Origin: an uncultured virus (IMG/VR IMGVR_UViG_3300030095_002703)
Lineage: Duplodnaviria > Heunggongvirae > Uroviricota > Caudoviricetes
Strand: one strand, 5' to 3'
IMG/VR virus record: IMGVR_UViG_3300030095_002703
Length of the DNA stretch: 64,000 nt
Position 1 is the first letter of the stretch. Each line of letters opens with the position of its first letter. Of the stretch, positions 1-6,238 are shown one piece after another. Position numbers and translations under genes: made by a program. Below the pieces are notes generated by a model. The model made no database searches and was not told where the DNA came from. It was given only the letters and a program-made list of their open reading frames with translations.

Positions 1-316
1 CCCCGCCGTTAATCATATCCTTTAATACTTCGCGGATATGCTCAGATAATTGGTCAGTCTCTAATTTAACGCCAATACGTTCATCGATAAACTTGCATAA
101 CCCCGCCGTCATATCGTAACCAAATGAACCTTTATAGCTATCTACTTCTACGCGCATTTGTGAATTAACACGTTCAAGTTCTTCGACATGTTCTTTTAAG
201 TTTTTAATATCCACCGCCGCCGCTCTAATATCCGCGCCAGTTGAATCGCGTCCGGCTTCGATGCTATCCGCCGCAAGACGGTCCAAGTAATCAATATCTG
301 TTTTTAATTCGATCAT
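1..316 (-). CDS. Early-region hypothetical protein (3' end runs off window)
   Basis: Read manually: MIELKTDIDYLDRLAADSIEAGRD..., open to position 1; ACTACGGAG RBS and sigma70-like promoter upstream. Confidence 0.8.
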   Translation of the reverse strand, partial: MIELKTDIDYLDRLAADSIEAGRDSTGADIRAAAVDIKNLKEHVEELERVNSQMRVEVDSYKGSFGYDMTAGLCKFIDERIGVKLETDQLSEHIREVLKDMINGG

Positions 317-367
317 AGTTATTACTCCGTAGTTTAAAGTTAAACGGCTTGCCCGCCGTTGTATGGG

Positions 368-397
368 ATTATATAAGATAACTTTATAAAAAGTAAA
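368..397 (-). promoter_or_regulatory. sigma70-type promoter TTTACT-N18-TATAAT overlapped by two TATRVGAY boxes
   Basis: Hexamers read directly; boxes at 362-369 and 372-379. Confidence 0.65.
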
Positions 398-404
398 CCC
401 CAGC

Positions 405-431
405 AAAAAAGCCCGCACAATGGCGGGCTTT
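405..431 (-). terminator. Rho-independent terminator after DUF932-like gene
   Basis: AAAGCCCGC-cattgt-GCGGGCTTT plus T-tract on minus strand. Confidence 0.8.
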
Positions 432-452
432 CGTTTTGCGTTGTTGGTTAGT

Positions 453-1643
453 TTATGCGGCTACTTTATCCAGTAACGCGCCCGCCTTCCGTTCAATTTC
501 GATCCGGCTATCTTGGTGCGGAATGTCTCGCGCTATTGCGGTGATGGCTTGCGCGGCGTCCCAAACCGTTTCGACCGGTCGACCTTCTTCTTTCAAGTGT
601 CTAGCGTTCGCGGCTTTCGCCATGCGTCCAGATAATCCGGCGCGTTTGTTTAAAAACTCCAGACGGCTTTCGTCATCGTGCGCAATCTTGGCGGCTTTCG
701 CGGCTTGCACTCCCTCGATGAATGTCGAAGTCGCACCATGCGCAAAGCTTTCCAATGCTGGCCGTGCTTCCATCGCGAAACGATCCGGAGCAAATTTAGT
801 ATGGCGGATTTTAATTTCTTGGAAATTCTCAACGCCCCAAAGGTTTCGATTCATGCAAACCCCGCGCAAATACATGGCGGCAATACCCGCCGTTTTGCTA
901 CCGGTTTCACTGTTCCATGCATAAAACCCGCGAAACATTAAATCGGGCTCCCCGTTCGCAAGCTTGCCCACTTCGATAGGGTTACGATCATCAACCAAGA
1001 AAACAAAAACATCGCGGTCGCTGGCGAATAACGTAGTCGTGTCCATAGTGACGGGTACGTCCGGATCATAAACGGCTAACCCGTTCTCGGTTCCCGTCAT
1101 CATGCCCGGAACTTTCCAACGTCCGCCGGATTGCTCGACTAGGTTTTTAACCGGTTCAAGTATTTCCCAGTCAAATATTCGGCCATAGTCCGGACCCGTT
1201 GCCGCACGTAGTTCGCCGCCTTCGTTCTGGCTACCGTATACCTTAACCAATTCACGGCCACGGTTATAACGCAAACCCCACTGGATACAGTCCGCTGCTA
1301 ATGGTGCAGGCAAGTCCCGAAGATATCCGGCAGGCGCTCCCGATAGCTGGGACAATTGTCCAAAGCTCCAATTTGTTGGGGTGTTCACGTGATCGCGATA
1401 ATTATCGTCTTTGTACTCAACCCGCAAATCCCCATAACTTGGATTATCTTGATCTAGTTCGCCGATAATCTGGATTTTATGAGTATCGACCGTGCGGCTG
1501 GTCATCCGCTGGGCGTCATTCTTTTTAAAAGCCAGCATATTGTCTAGCGTCAAAAACTTTTGATCGTCCGGACGGCTAAACCATTGGCTAGATACTGCGC
1601 TATTTCCTATGCCATGCGCAAAAGCATTAGTTTGATAAGTCAT
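453..1643 (-). CDS. DUF932-family phage/plasmid protein
   Basis: 396 aa; VSSQWFSRPDD N-terminus, YGRIFD, FASDRDVFVFL, WNSETGS, VCMNR, IRHTK motifs recalled for DUF932 proteins. Confidence 0.7.
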   Translation of the reverse strand: MTYQTNAFAHGIGNSAVSSQWFSRPDDQKFLTLDNMLAFKKNDAQRMTSRTVDTHKIQIIGELDQDNPSYGDLRVEYKDDNYRDHVNTPTNWSFGQLSQLSGAPAGYLRDLPAPLAADCIQWGLRYNRGRELVKVYGSQNEGGELRAATGPDYGRIFDWEILEPVKNLVEQSGGRWKVPGMMTGTENGLAVYDPDVPVTMDTTTLFASDRDVFVFLVDDRNPIEVGKLANGEPDLMFRGFYAWNSETGSKTAGIAAMYLRGVCMNRNLWGVENFQEIKIRHTKFAPDRFAMEARPALESFAHGATSTFIEGVQAAKAAKIAHDDESRLEFLNKRAGLSGRMAKAANARHLKEEGRPVETVWDAAQAITAIARDIPHQDSRIEIERKAGALLDKVAA

Positions 1644-1743
1644 ATTGTTTACTCCGTAGTAAATAAAAACGGGGGCGGAATTGCTCCCGTCCCCGATAAT
1701 ATCGCATAAAGTTATATATGATGCAAGTTAATTTTTAAAAAAG

Positions 1744-2457
1744 TTATTCCGCTCCAATATCCCCAGCAACATGGTGACGGATGATCGAACGCGGCGGCAA
1801 TGATTTAGCAAACCTTAAAAGCTTTTGGCCGTCCGTTTCCTCCGGTTGATCGGCTTTGCTAGTCGCTACCCAATGCAGTCGCACGTTTCCGCCATCGGCA
1901 TAACATCCGCCGCGGGTATCTTGGTCCGCTGCTTTTTTCTTAGCTGCACCATGCGCAGTAAATCCAACAATAAAATCCCGGTCTAGACGTGCGCAAAGTG
2001 GATCGCCGTTTCCGCAATCGCGGCAGCTAAACCCGTCACGATATTCCGCCGGACAACGGACAATTTTTTTATTGAATGGTGCGTCCCCGTATTTTTTCCC
2101 TTGCCAGAATTTATCCGGCACAACGCAAACGGATGGAACCCCGTTATAAATAGATGCGGAAGCAGCGCCCAAACTATCGGCGCTAAAATTAATTACCGTT
2201 TTACCTTTACGCAATTTTTTGCCCCAGCCATAAACGTTCGGATCAAAATGCGAATAAGTAAATGATTGACCTTTATTTGGTACGGCATCCAATAACGCGT
2301 CCAGATAATCCCCGTCAATTTTTTTCGAGCCCTTGCCGCTGCAATTCATTTTGCAAGCTGCCGGACAAGTCGCATATTTTTCCCCGTTGCCAGCGCGGTA
2401 GGTTACTGCCATACCTTTAGTTTTTTCGGCCCTGCTTGTTTCTACTGTCTTTAACAT
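1744..2457 (-). CDS. Cys-rich Gp88/DUF7227-like protein, probably Fe-S or Zn binding
   Basis: TCPAAC, CPAE..SCRDC..LC, IVGFTAHG, GCYA..G..HW, RHHVAGD motifs; start placed at MLKTV (2457) behind GGGGGCAACC. Confidence 0.55.
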   Translation of the reverse strand: MLKTVETSRAEKTKGMAVTYRAGNGEKYATCPAACKMNCSGKGSKKIDGDYLDALLDAVPNKGQSFTYSHFDPNVYGWGKKLRKGKTVINFSADSLGAASASIYNGVPSVCVVPDKFWQGKKYGDAPFNKKIVRCPAEYRDGFSCRDCGNGDPLCARLDRDFIVGFTAHGAAKKKAADQDTRGGCYADGGNVRLHWVATSKADQPEETDGQKLLRFAKSLPPRSIIRHHVAGDIGAE

Positions 2458-2505
2458 GGTTGCCCCCATAGTTGTGTATAAGATATATCGCATACCTTAC
2501 ACCAT

Positions 2506-2531
2506 AAAAAAGCCCGGAGTCAACCGGGCTA
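2506..2531 (-). terminator. Terminator hairpin overlapping the -35 (TTGACT) of the next promoter
   Basis: AGCCCGG-ttgact-CCGGGCT followed by T-tract on minus strand. Confidence 0.7.
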
Positions 2532-2535
2532 ATTT

Positions 2536-2673
2536 TTATTTTTTTATAGGCTTTTGTTTTATACGCGGTTGTGGCCTTCGATGCGGTCGCGGTTGCGTTC
2601 GATTGCGTTCAAATTCCTCAACGGCATCCGATCCATGTTTAAGCTTTGCCCACCATTTAAAAATAAAAAACAT
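2536..2673 (-). CDS. 45-aa basic hypothetical protein (below ORF-track cutoff)
   Basis: MFFIFKWWAKLKHGSDAVEEFERNRTQPRPHRRPQPRIKQKPIKK; AACTACGGAGG RBS and its own promoter. Confidence 0.7.
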   Translation of the reverse strand: MFFIFKWWAKLKHGSDAVEEFERNRTQPRPHRRPQPRIKQKPIKK

Positions 2674-2697
2674 TTGTCCTCCGTAGTTTATTAATGA

Positions 2698-3177
2698 CTA
2701 TGGGATTGTATGCGATGTTGTGGGACATATCAAGTTAAAAACTTCAAGCCAGTCAATTGTGCCCGCTACGTGGTGGAACGGTTTAACTTTCAATCCTTCC
2801 AGCTTTAGGTCAACCGCCTCGTTGCCGGGGTAAATAAATAGTTGTTCGGGATGGTTTTTAGTTTTGTGCTTTCTAATCATGACCCATACGCTGGCATGTC
2901 CATGCGTAGTAAGCCACGCTACTTGGTGGGGTCGTAAGTCAACCGCGTTACCTGCGGTCGCTTTTAATTCTACAAAATGAAAGTTACCTAACTCATCACA
3001 TAACACGACGTCCGGCACTCCGGGCATCGCCCAAGTTTCAAGCCGTGTTGCTTTCAAGTTCCTCCCAGTCTTCTCCATCCCCGTCTTCATCTGCCTCCAA
3101 AAGTCGGCTTCTCGCTTTGTCGCGGTTCTGGGGATTGCTCTCTCCTTCGGGAGTAATGTCGATAGTGATCGGGGCAT
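2698..3177 (-). CDS. PD-(D/E)XK nuclease, VRR-NUC/Holliday-junction-resolvase-like (start uncertain)
   Basis: RLE..PGVPD..FVELK..LRPHQVAW motif set. Confidence 0.75.
   Translation of the reverse strand: MPRSLSTLLPKERAIPRTATKREADFWRQMKTGMEKTGRNLKATRLETWAMPGVPDVVLCDELGNFHFVELKATAGNAVDLRPHQVAWLTTHGHASVWVMIRKHKTKNHPEQLFIYPGNEAVDLKLEGLKVKPFHHVAGTIDWLEVFNLICPTTSHTIP
2705..2733 (-). promoter_or_regulatory. sigma70 promoter TTGATA-N17-TACAAT with three operator-like boxes
   Basis: Near-consensus hexamers; boxes at 2699-2706, 2709-2716, 2719-2726. Confidence 0.75.
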
Positions 3178-3661
3178 AGCTTTGTTTTATCTCCTTGAGC
3201 GCCTTCAACACTTCGTCCTTACTCATACTGTCAATGCTGCCAGTGCGAATTTCGCTCTTACTTACATATATGTCACCTTGCGCTTGCCCCCGCCGGTATT
3301 CTGCTTGAACGGCTGCACTATAAGCGCCGTTGTTTAATGCCATATCACGGATAGTTTGAAGGTCCCGTAAATGGCGTTGGTAGTTAACACCAAACTTTTC
3401 ATCTAACTCCGCACGATAAGCTTGAATGGCTGACACAACATGCGGGCTAATATTAGCGTTAGTTAATTCATATGCTCTAGTATGAGCGGACCCCGCAGGG
3501 TATCCAGCATTGATTGCTGCTTCCCGCATTGTGATCTGGCCGTCTTTCGATACAAGTTCTTTTACAAACAGTTCTTGCTTTCGAGTAAGCGGCTGCGCTT
3601 TTGTTGCTTTCGGTCTTCCTACTCGTTTCCTTGCAGTAGGAGCAACACTTTTACTAGGCAT
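3038..3661 (-). CDS. terS: Terminase small subunit-like HTH protein
   Basis: LTRKQELFV..AAINAGY..AHTRAYEL, typical TerS N-terminal HTH. Confidence 0.7.
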   Translation of the reverse strand: MPSKSVAPTARKRVGRPKATKAQPLTRKQELFVKELVSKDGQITMREAAINAGYPAGSAHTRAYELTNANISPHVVSAIQAYRAELDEKFGVNYQRHLRDLQTIRDMALNNGAYSAAVQAEYRRGQAQGDIYVSKSEIRTGSIDSMSKDEVLKALKEIKQSYAPITIDITPEGESNPQNRDKARSRLLEADEDGDGEDWEELESNTA

Positions 3662-3782
3662 ATAGTTCTCCAGTTATTTGGCGATAGTTTGCCATAAACT
3701 AAACCCGTTTGTCATATATATACAAGAAATAAAAATAAATAAAAAAATCATTCAGCGCCCTTATACGCAGTAATCCCCTTTT

Positions 3783-3893
3783 GGTTACATAAACTCTGGT
3801 ACGGTTACATTTTTGTTTTTCACTTATGTAACTGTAAATCTCTATATATAACAAAGCTTTAACTGCTCTGGTTACACGGTTACACCGGTTACA
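3783..3893. repeat. GGTTACA iteron cluster in AT-rich non-coding DNA (origin or packaging-site candidate)
   Basis: GGTTACA at 3783, 3803, 3870, 3878, 3887; inverted TGTAAC at 3827. Confidence 0.7.
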
Positions 3894-3987
3894 CCTATTT
3901 TAACAAAAAATTATTTTTTTTATTTTGCTCTATATATATGTAAATGACGTTTATTTGTGCCGTGGACCGCGAGGCAAGAGGGGTGGG

Positions 3988-4101
3988 TCACCGTCCTCCA
4001 AAAAACCATATGGCAAACCATCCGCCGCCCACGATCAGGAAGAGCAGCACGACGTGCCACCATTCTGTTTCATCTCCACCGTTGTACTCTTTCCAGCCCA
4101 T
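3988..4101 (-). CDS. 37-aa single-pass membrane peptide
   Basis: MGWKEYNGGDETEWWHVVLLFLIVGGGWFAIWFFGGR; extended -10 TGaTAAGAT 6 nt before ATG. Confidence 0.5.
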   Translation of the reverse strand: MGWKEYNGGDETEWWHVVLLFLIVGGGWFAIWFFGGR

Positions 4102-4123
4102 GGGGCCATCTTATCACAGGATG

Positions 4124-4152
4124 AAAAAAAACCCCCGATCCGAAGACCGGGG
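4124..4152 (-). terminator. Rho-independent terminator
   Basis: CCCCGGTC-ttcg-GATCGGGG followed by T8 on minus strand. Confidence 0.85.
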
Positions 4153-4164
4153 GAAAAGGGGTAT

Positions 4165-4467
4165 TCATATCGTCGCGGAAGGATGCACAGAAAAATAATC
4201 CATACGGTCGTCCCATTGAAAAGTGTGCTCTTCCCAAACTGGTGCTTCATCAGCGAGTCGGTTTTCGATAGTGGGAGAGGAGGTCCATGCCTTGAGGTTT
4301 AACTTTAAACTCCACTTTAACTGGTCGGCTTTTTCTTTCCAGTAATCGGCTTCTTTTCTGCCTTCCCACTCGTCTTCTTCTGCCCAGAAAGAACAAAGGT
4401 CGAAACAAGCTTGATCGCTCAATGAGCCGTCTCTCATGCGTAGAATCGCGGGCCTTTTACCATTCAT
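4165..4467 (-). CDS. Hypothetical protein
   Basis: 100 aa; GGAGGA RBS; overlaps upstream gene end. Confidence 0.65.
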   Translation of the reverse strand: MNGKRPAILRMRDGSLSDQACFDLCSFWAEEDEWEGRKEADYWKEKADQLKWSLKLNLKAWTSSPTIENRLADEAPVWEEHTFQWDDRMDYFSVHPSATI

Positions 4468-4768
4468 TTTGTTTATCCTCCGCTAAGTAAACACGCTTCA
4501 TGGTTTTTGTCTTGAAGAAGCCTTTGTAGTCTGGATGCTCGTGCATAAACAGTCGAGCATAAAGCGCGATGAAGTCGTTGGATATTTTGTACTCGTTACC
4601 GGTGGTTACGATCATTGCTTCCCACCGGATGCGATTAACAATAAGCCATGCGGAAAGTTTGCGGTGTCCTTTTCGAATAGCTTGGAAGGTAAACTTTTTA
4701 AATAGCTCATAGAACTCTGGGTTCTCTTTGTGCCAAGTCCACCATTTTGTTTTCAGATCGTCTGTCAT
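4457..4768 (-). CDS. Conserved phage hypothetical protein
   Basis: WHKENP..F..F..A..RIRW..YKISND..YAR pattern recalled from small phage proteins; ATGA coupling. Confidence 0.75.
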   Translation of the reverse strand: MTDDLKTKWWTWHKENPEFYELFKKFTFQAIRKGHRKLSAWLIVNRIRWEAMIVTTGNEYKISNDFIALYARLFMHEHPDYKGFFKTKTMKRVYLAEDKQNEW

Positions 4769-5178
4769 CTAAACAACCAAACCGCGAGTCCGGCAAGTAG
4801 TCCTCCGATGGCAGCCATTACCGCAAAGTGATGTTGGACGTACCATGGTTCGGGGTGCGTGGTGGATTCTTCGTCATCCCCGCGATTTTCAAACTCCTCA
4901 CGAGCAATAACAACTTCTGACACGGCCTCTTGTACTTCTTCTTTTATTTCTTCAGCCATGGCGTTTACTGTTTCAGCCTGCTTATGCAAGTTGTTGCGCA
5001 GACAATAGTCCAGCACTTCGTTTTCGAACCAGCGGTTTACCGTCTTTGGCCCGCGGGTCGCGGTCGTTGGTACTTTGATCGGGGATGGAAACAGACCTTG
5101 CTTTACCTTTCGATAAATAGTCGGTTTACTTACTTGTGTGACTTTGCACACCTCATCAATTGATATTAGTTTTTTCAT
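4765..5178 (-). CDS. alpA: AlpA/excisionase-like winged-HTH regulator with C-terminal transmembrane helix
   Basis: LISIDEVCKVTQVSKPTIYRKVKQGLFPSPIK..RWFENEV; C-terminal FAVMAAIGGLLAGLAVWLF. Confidence 0.7.
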   Translation of the reverse strand: MKKLISIDEVCKVTQVSKPTIYRKVKQGLFPSPIKVPTTATRGPKTVNRWFENEVLDYCLRNNLHKQAETVNAMAEEIKEEVQEAVSEVVIAREEFENRGDDEESTTHPEPWYVQHHFAVMAAIGGLLAGLAVWLFR

Positions 5179-5233
5179 AACGTTCTCCGTGTTGGGTTAC
5201 ATGGAGTAGTGTATGGGATTTTATATAGAAAAG

Positions 5234-5410
5234 TCAACCACGTAGAATGCGCTGCCATGATTTTTCAATCTCAGAGCAGAGTTGTTGTCTCTTCTCTGGT
5301 GTTAAATCTTCATCCATTTCGATTGTTTTTAGTTGATCGTTGACTACACGATTGATGGTTGAGATGGCCCACGACCAGTCTATTTCGCTTATACGCTTTT
5401 CGGCTTCCAT
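5234..5410 (-). CDS. 58-aa hypothetical protein, probable homolog of 56171-56377
   Basis: MEAEKRISEIDWSWAISTINRVV...SWQRILRG; GAGGA RBS. Confidence 0.8.
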   Translation of the reverse strand: MEAEKRISEIDWSWAISTINRVVNDQLKTIEMDEDLTPEKRQQLCSEIEKSWQRILRG

Positions 5411-5421
5411 AATTTTCCTCT

Positions 5422-5495
5422 AAAAGAATGACCCCAGCCGGGGGCAACCGTACTGGGGTCGGGGTCAACTACGGAGAACATGATTACCATGTTCC
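5422..5495 (-). ncRNA. Putative trans-acting sRNA with two anti-RBS seeds
   Basis: Promoter TTGATT-N18-TATACT (5501-5530); 5' hairpin GAACAUG/CAUGUUC; seed CUCCGUAGUU; terminator GACCCCAG/CUGGGGUC with GGUUGCCCCCGG apex and U-tract. Confidence 0.7.
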
Positions 5496-5533
5496 AGCGT
5501 AGTATATACAGTTTGATATGGGATAATCAACAC

Positions 5534-5686
5534 TTAATCGCATATTTCACAAACATTTTCAGGGTATTCTCCACCGTCTAGCGGATCAATAATTGTAAGC
5601 TCACAGTTTTTACATTTACGAATAAGTTGATCTTCGGTCATCGCAATAAACGTTAGGGCTTGTTCACATTTAGGACACGTGTTATT
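5534..5686 (-). CDS. Small Zn-ribbon protein (start uncertain, 5686 or 5734)
   Basis: CPKC...CKNC...CEIC. Confidence 0.6.
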   Translation of the reverse strand, partial: NNTCPKCEQALTFIAMTEDQLIRKCKNCELTIIDPLDGGEYPENVCEICD

Positions 5687-5873
5687 CATTAGGTTTTTGT
5701 GAAAATGTCCCGGTTCCCCCCGGATTGGCTTCATTGTGTGCTGCCTCCATATACCATTCGAAGACTAGCCGAAGCTGCCCACCAATGGTTCTGCCTTCTT
5801 TTTTTGAAAGCTCCTTGATTTCTTCATACACTTCTCGTGGTACGAGAATGCTTTTCCAACGTGTTGTATCCAT
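5682..5873 (-). CDS. Ribbon-helix-helix DNA-binding regulator
   Basis: WKSILVPREVYEEIKELSKKEGRTIGGQLRLV fits the RHH beta-strand/helix/helix pattern; promoter TTGCGT-N17-TATTAT at 5910-5938. Confidence 0.7.
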   Translation of the reverse strand: MDTTRWKSILVPREVYEEIKELSKKEGRTIGGQLRLVFEWYMEAAHNEANPGGTGTFSQKPNE

Positions 5874-5965
5874 TTGTTCTGTCTCCGATGCCCCCGGAAT
5901 ATATCTACGATAATATACTAAGATATATAAGAACGCAAGAAATCACTTCGCCGAAGCGGGGTTGG

Positions 5966-6181
5966 TTAGTCGAGGTAAAAGCTAATACTGTCGCCTTCAC
6001 CAAAATGATGGAAATCTATCGTGGGAGTCCGCCCCGGCTCATCGTAATTATGTTTTACAATCTTCACTTCGGTGAACAAATCGCCGTCAAAATCCTCAAA
6101 ACTAAACTTTGCCTTACACTGTTTGTTAAGGTGCTTTTCCACAATATCCATCAGCTCGTGGTAAAAAATTTCTATTTTCAT
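5966..6181 (-). CDS. Hypothetical protein
   Basis: Start at MKIEIF behind GAGGA; TTGACA at 6232-6237 with two operator boxes. Confidence 0.65.
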   Translation of the reverse strand: MKIEIFYHELMDIVEKHLNKQCKAKFSFEDFDGDLFTEVKIVKHNYDEPGRTPTIDFHHFGEGDSISFYLD

Positions 6182-6238
6182 GTTGCCATCCTCTATAGTT
6201 GAAAGAACGTTATCGCATAATGTCGCATACATGTCAAC

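Noticed and set aside
436..924. Long antisense or alternate-frame ORFs (also 7115-7666, 16751-17254, 17498-18070, 19793-20533, 32794-33360, 34543-35034, 56023-56520)
   Set aside because: Shadows of well-supported genes, with no recognisable motifs
4765..5178. Integrated prophage inferred from the AlpA/Xis-like gene
   Set aside because: No integrase, att site, tRNA or host gene is visible in the window
5480..5581. 33-aa plus-strand ORF behind the ACTACGGAG at 5468-5476, as an alternative to the sRNA
   Set aside because: SD-ATG spacing is only 3 nt, it opposes the local gene direction, and it does not explain the minus-strand promoter, terminator or second seed
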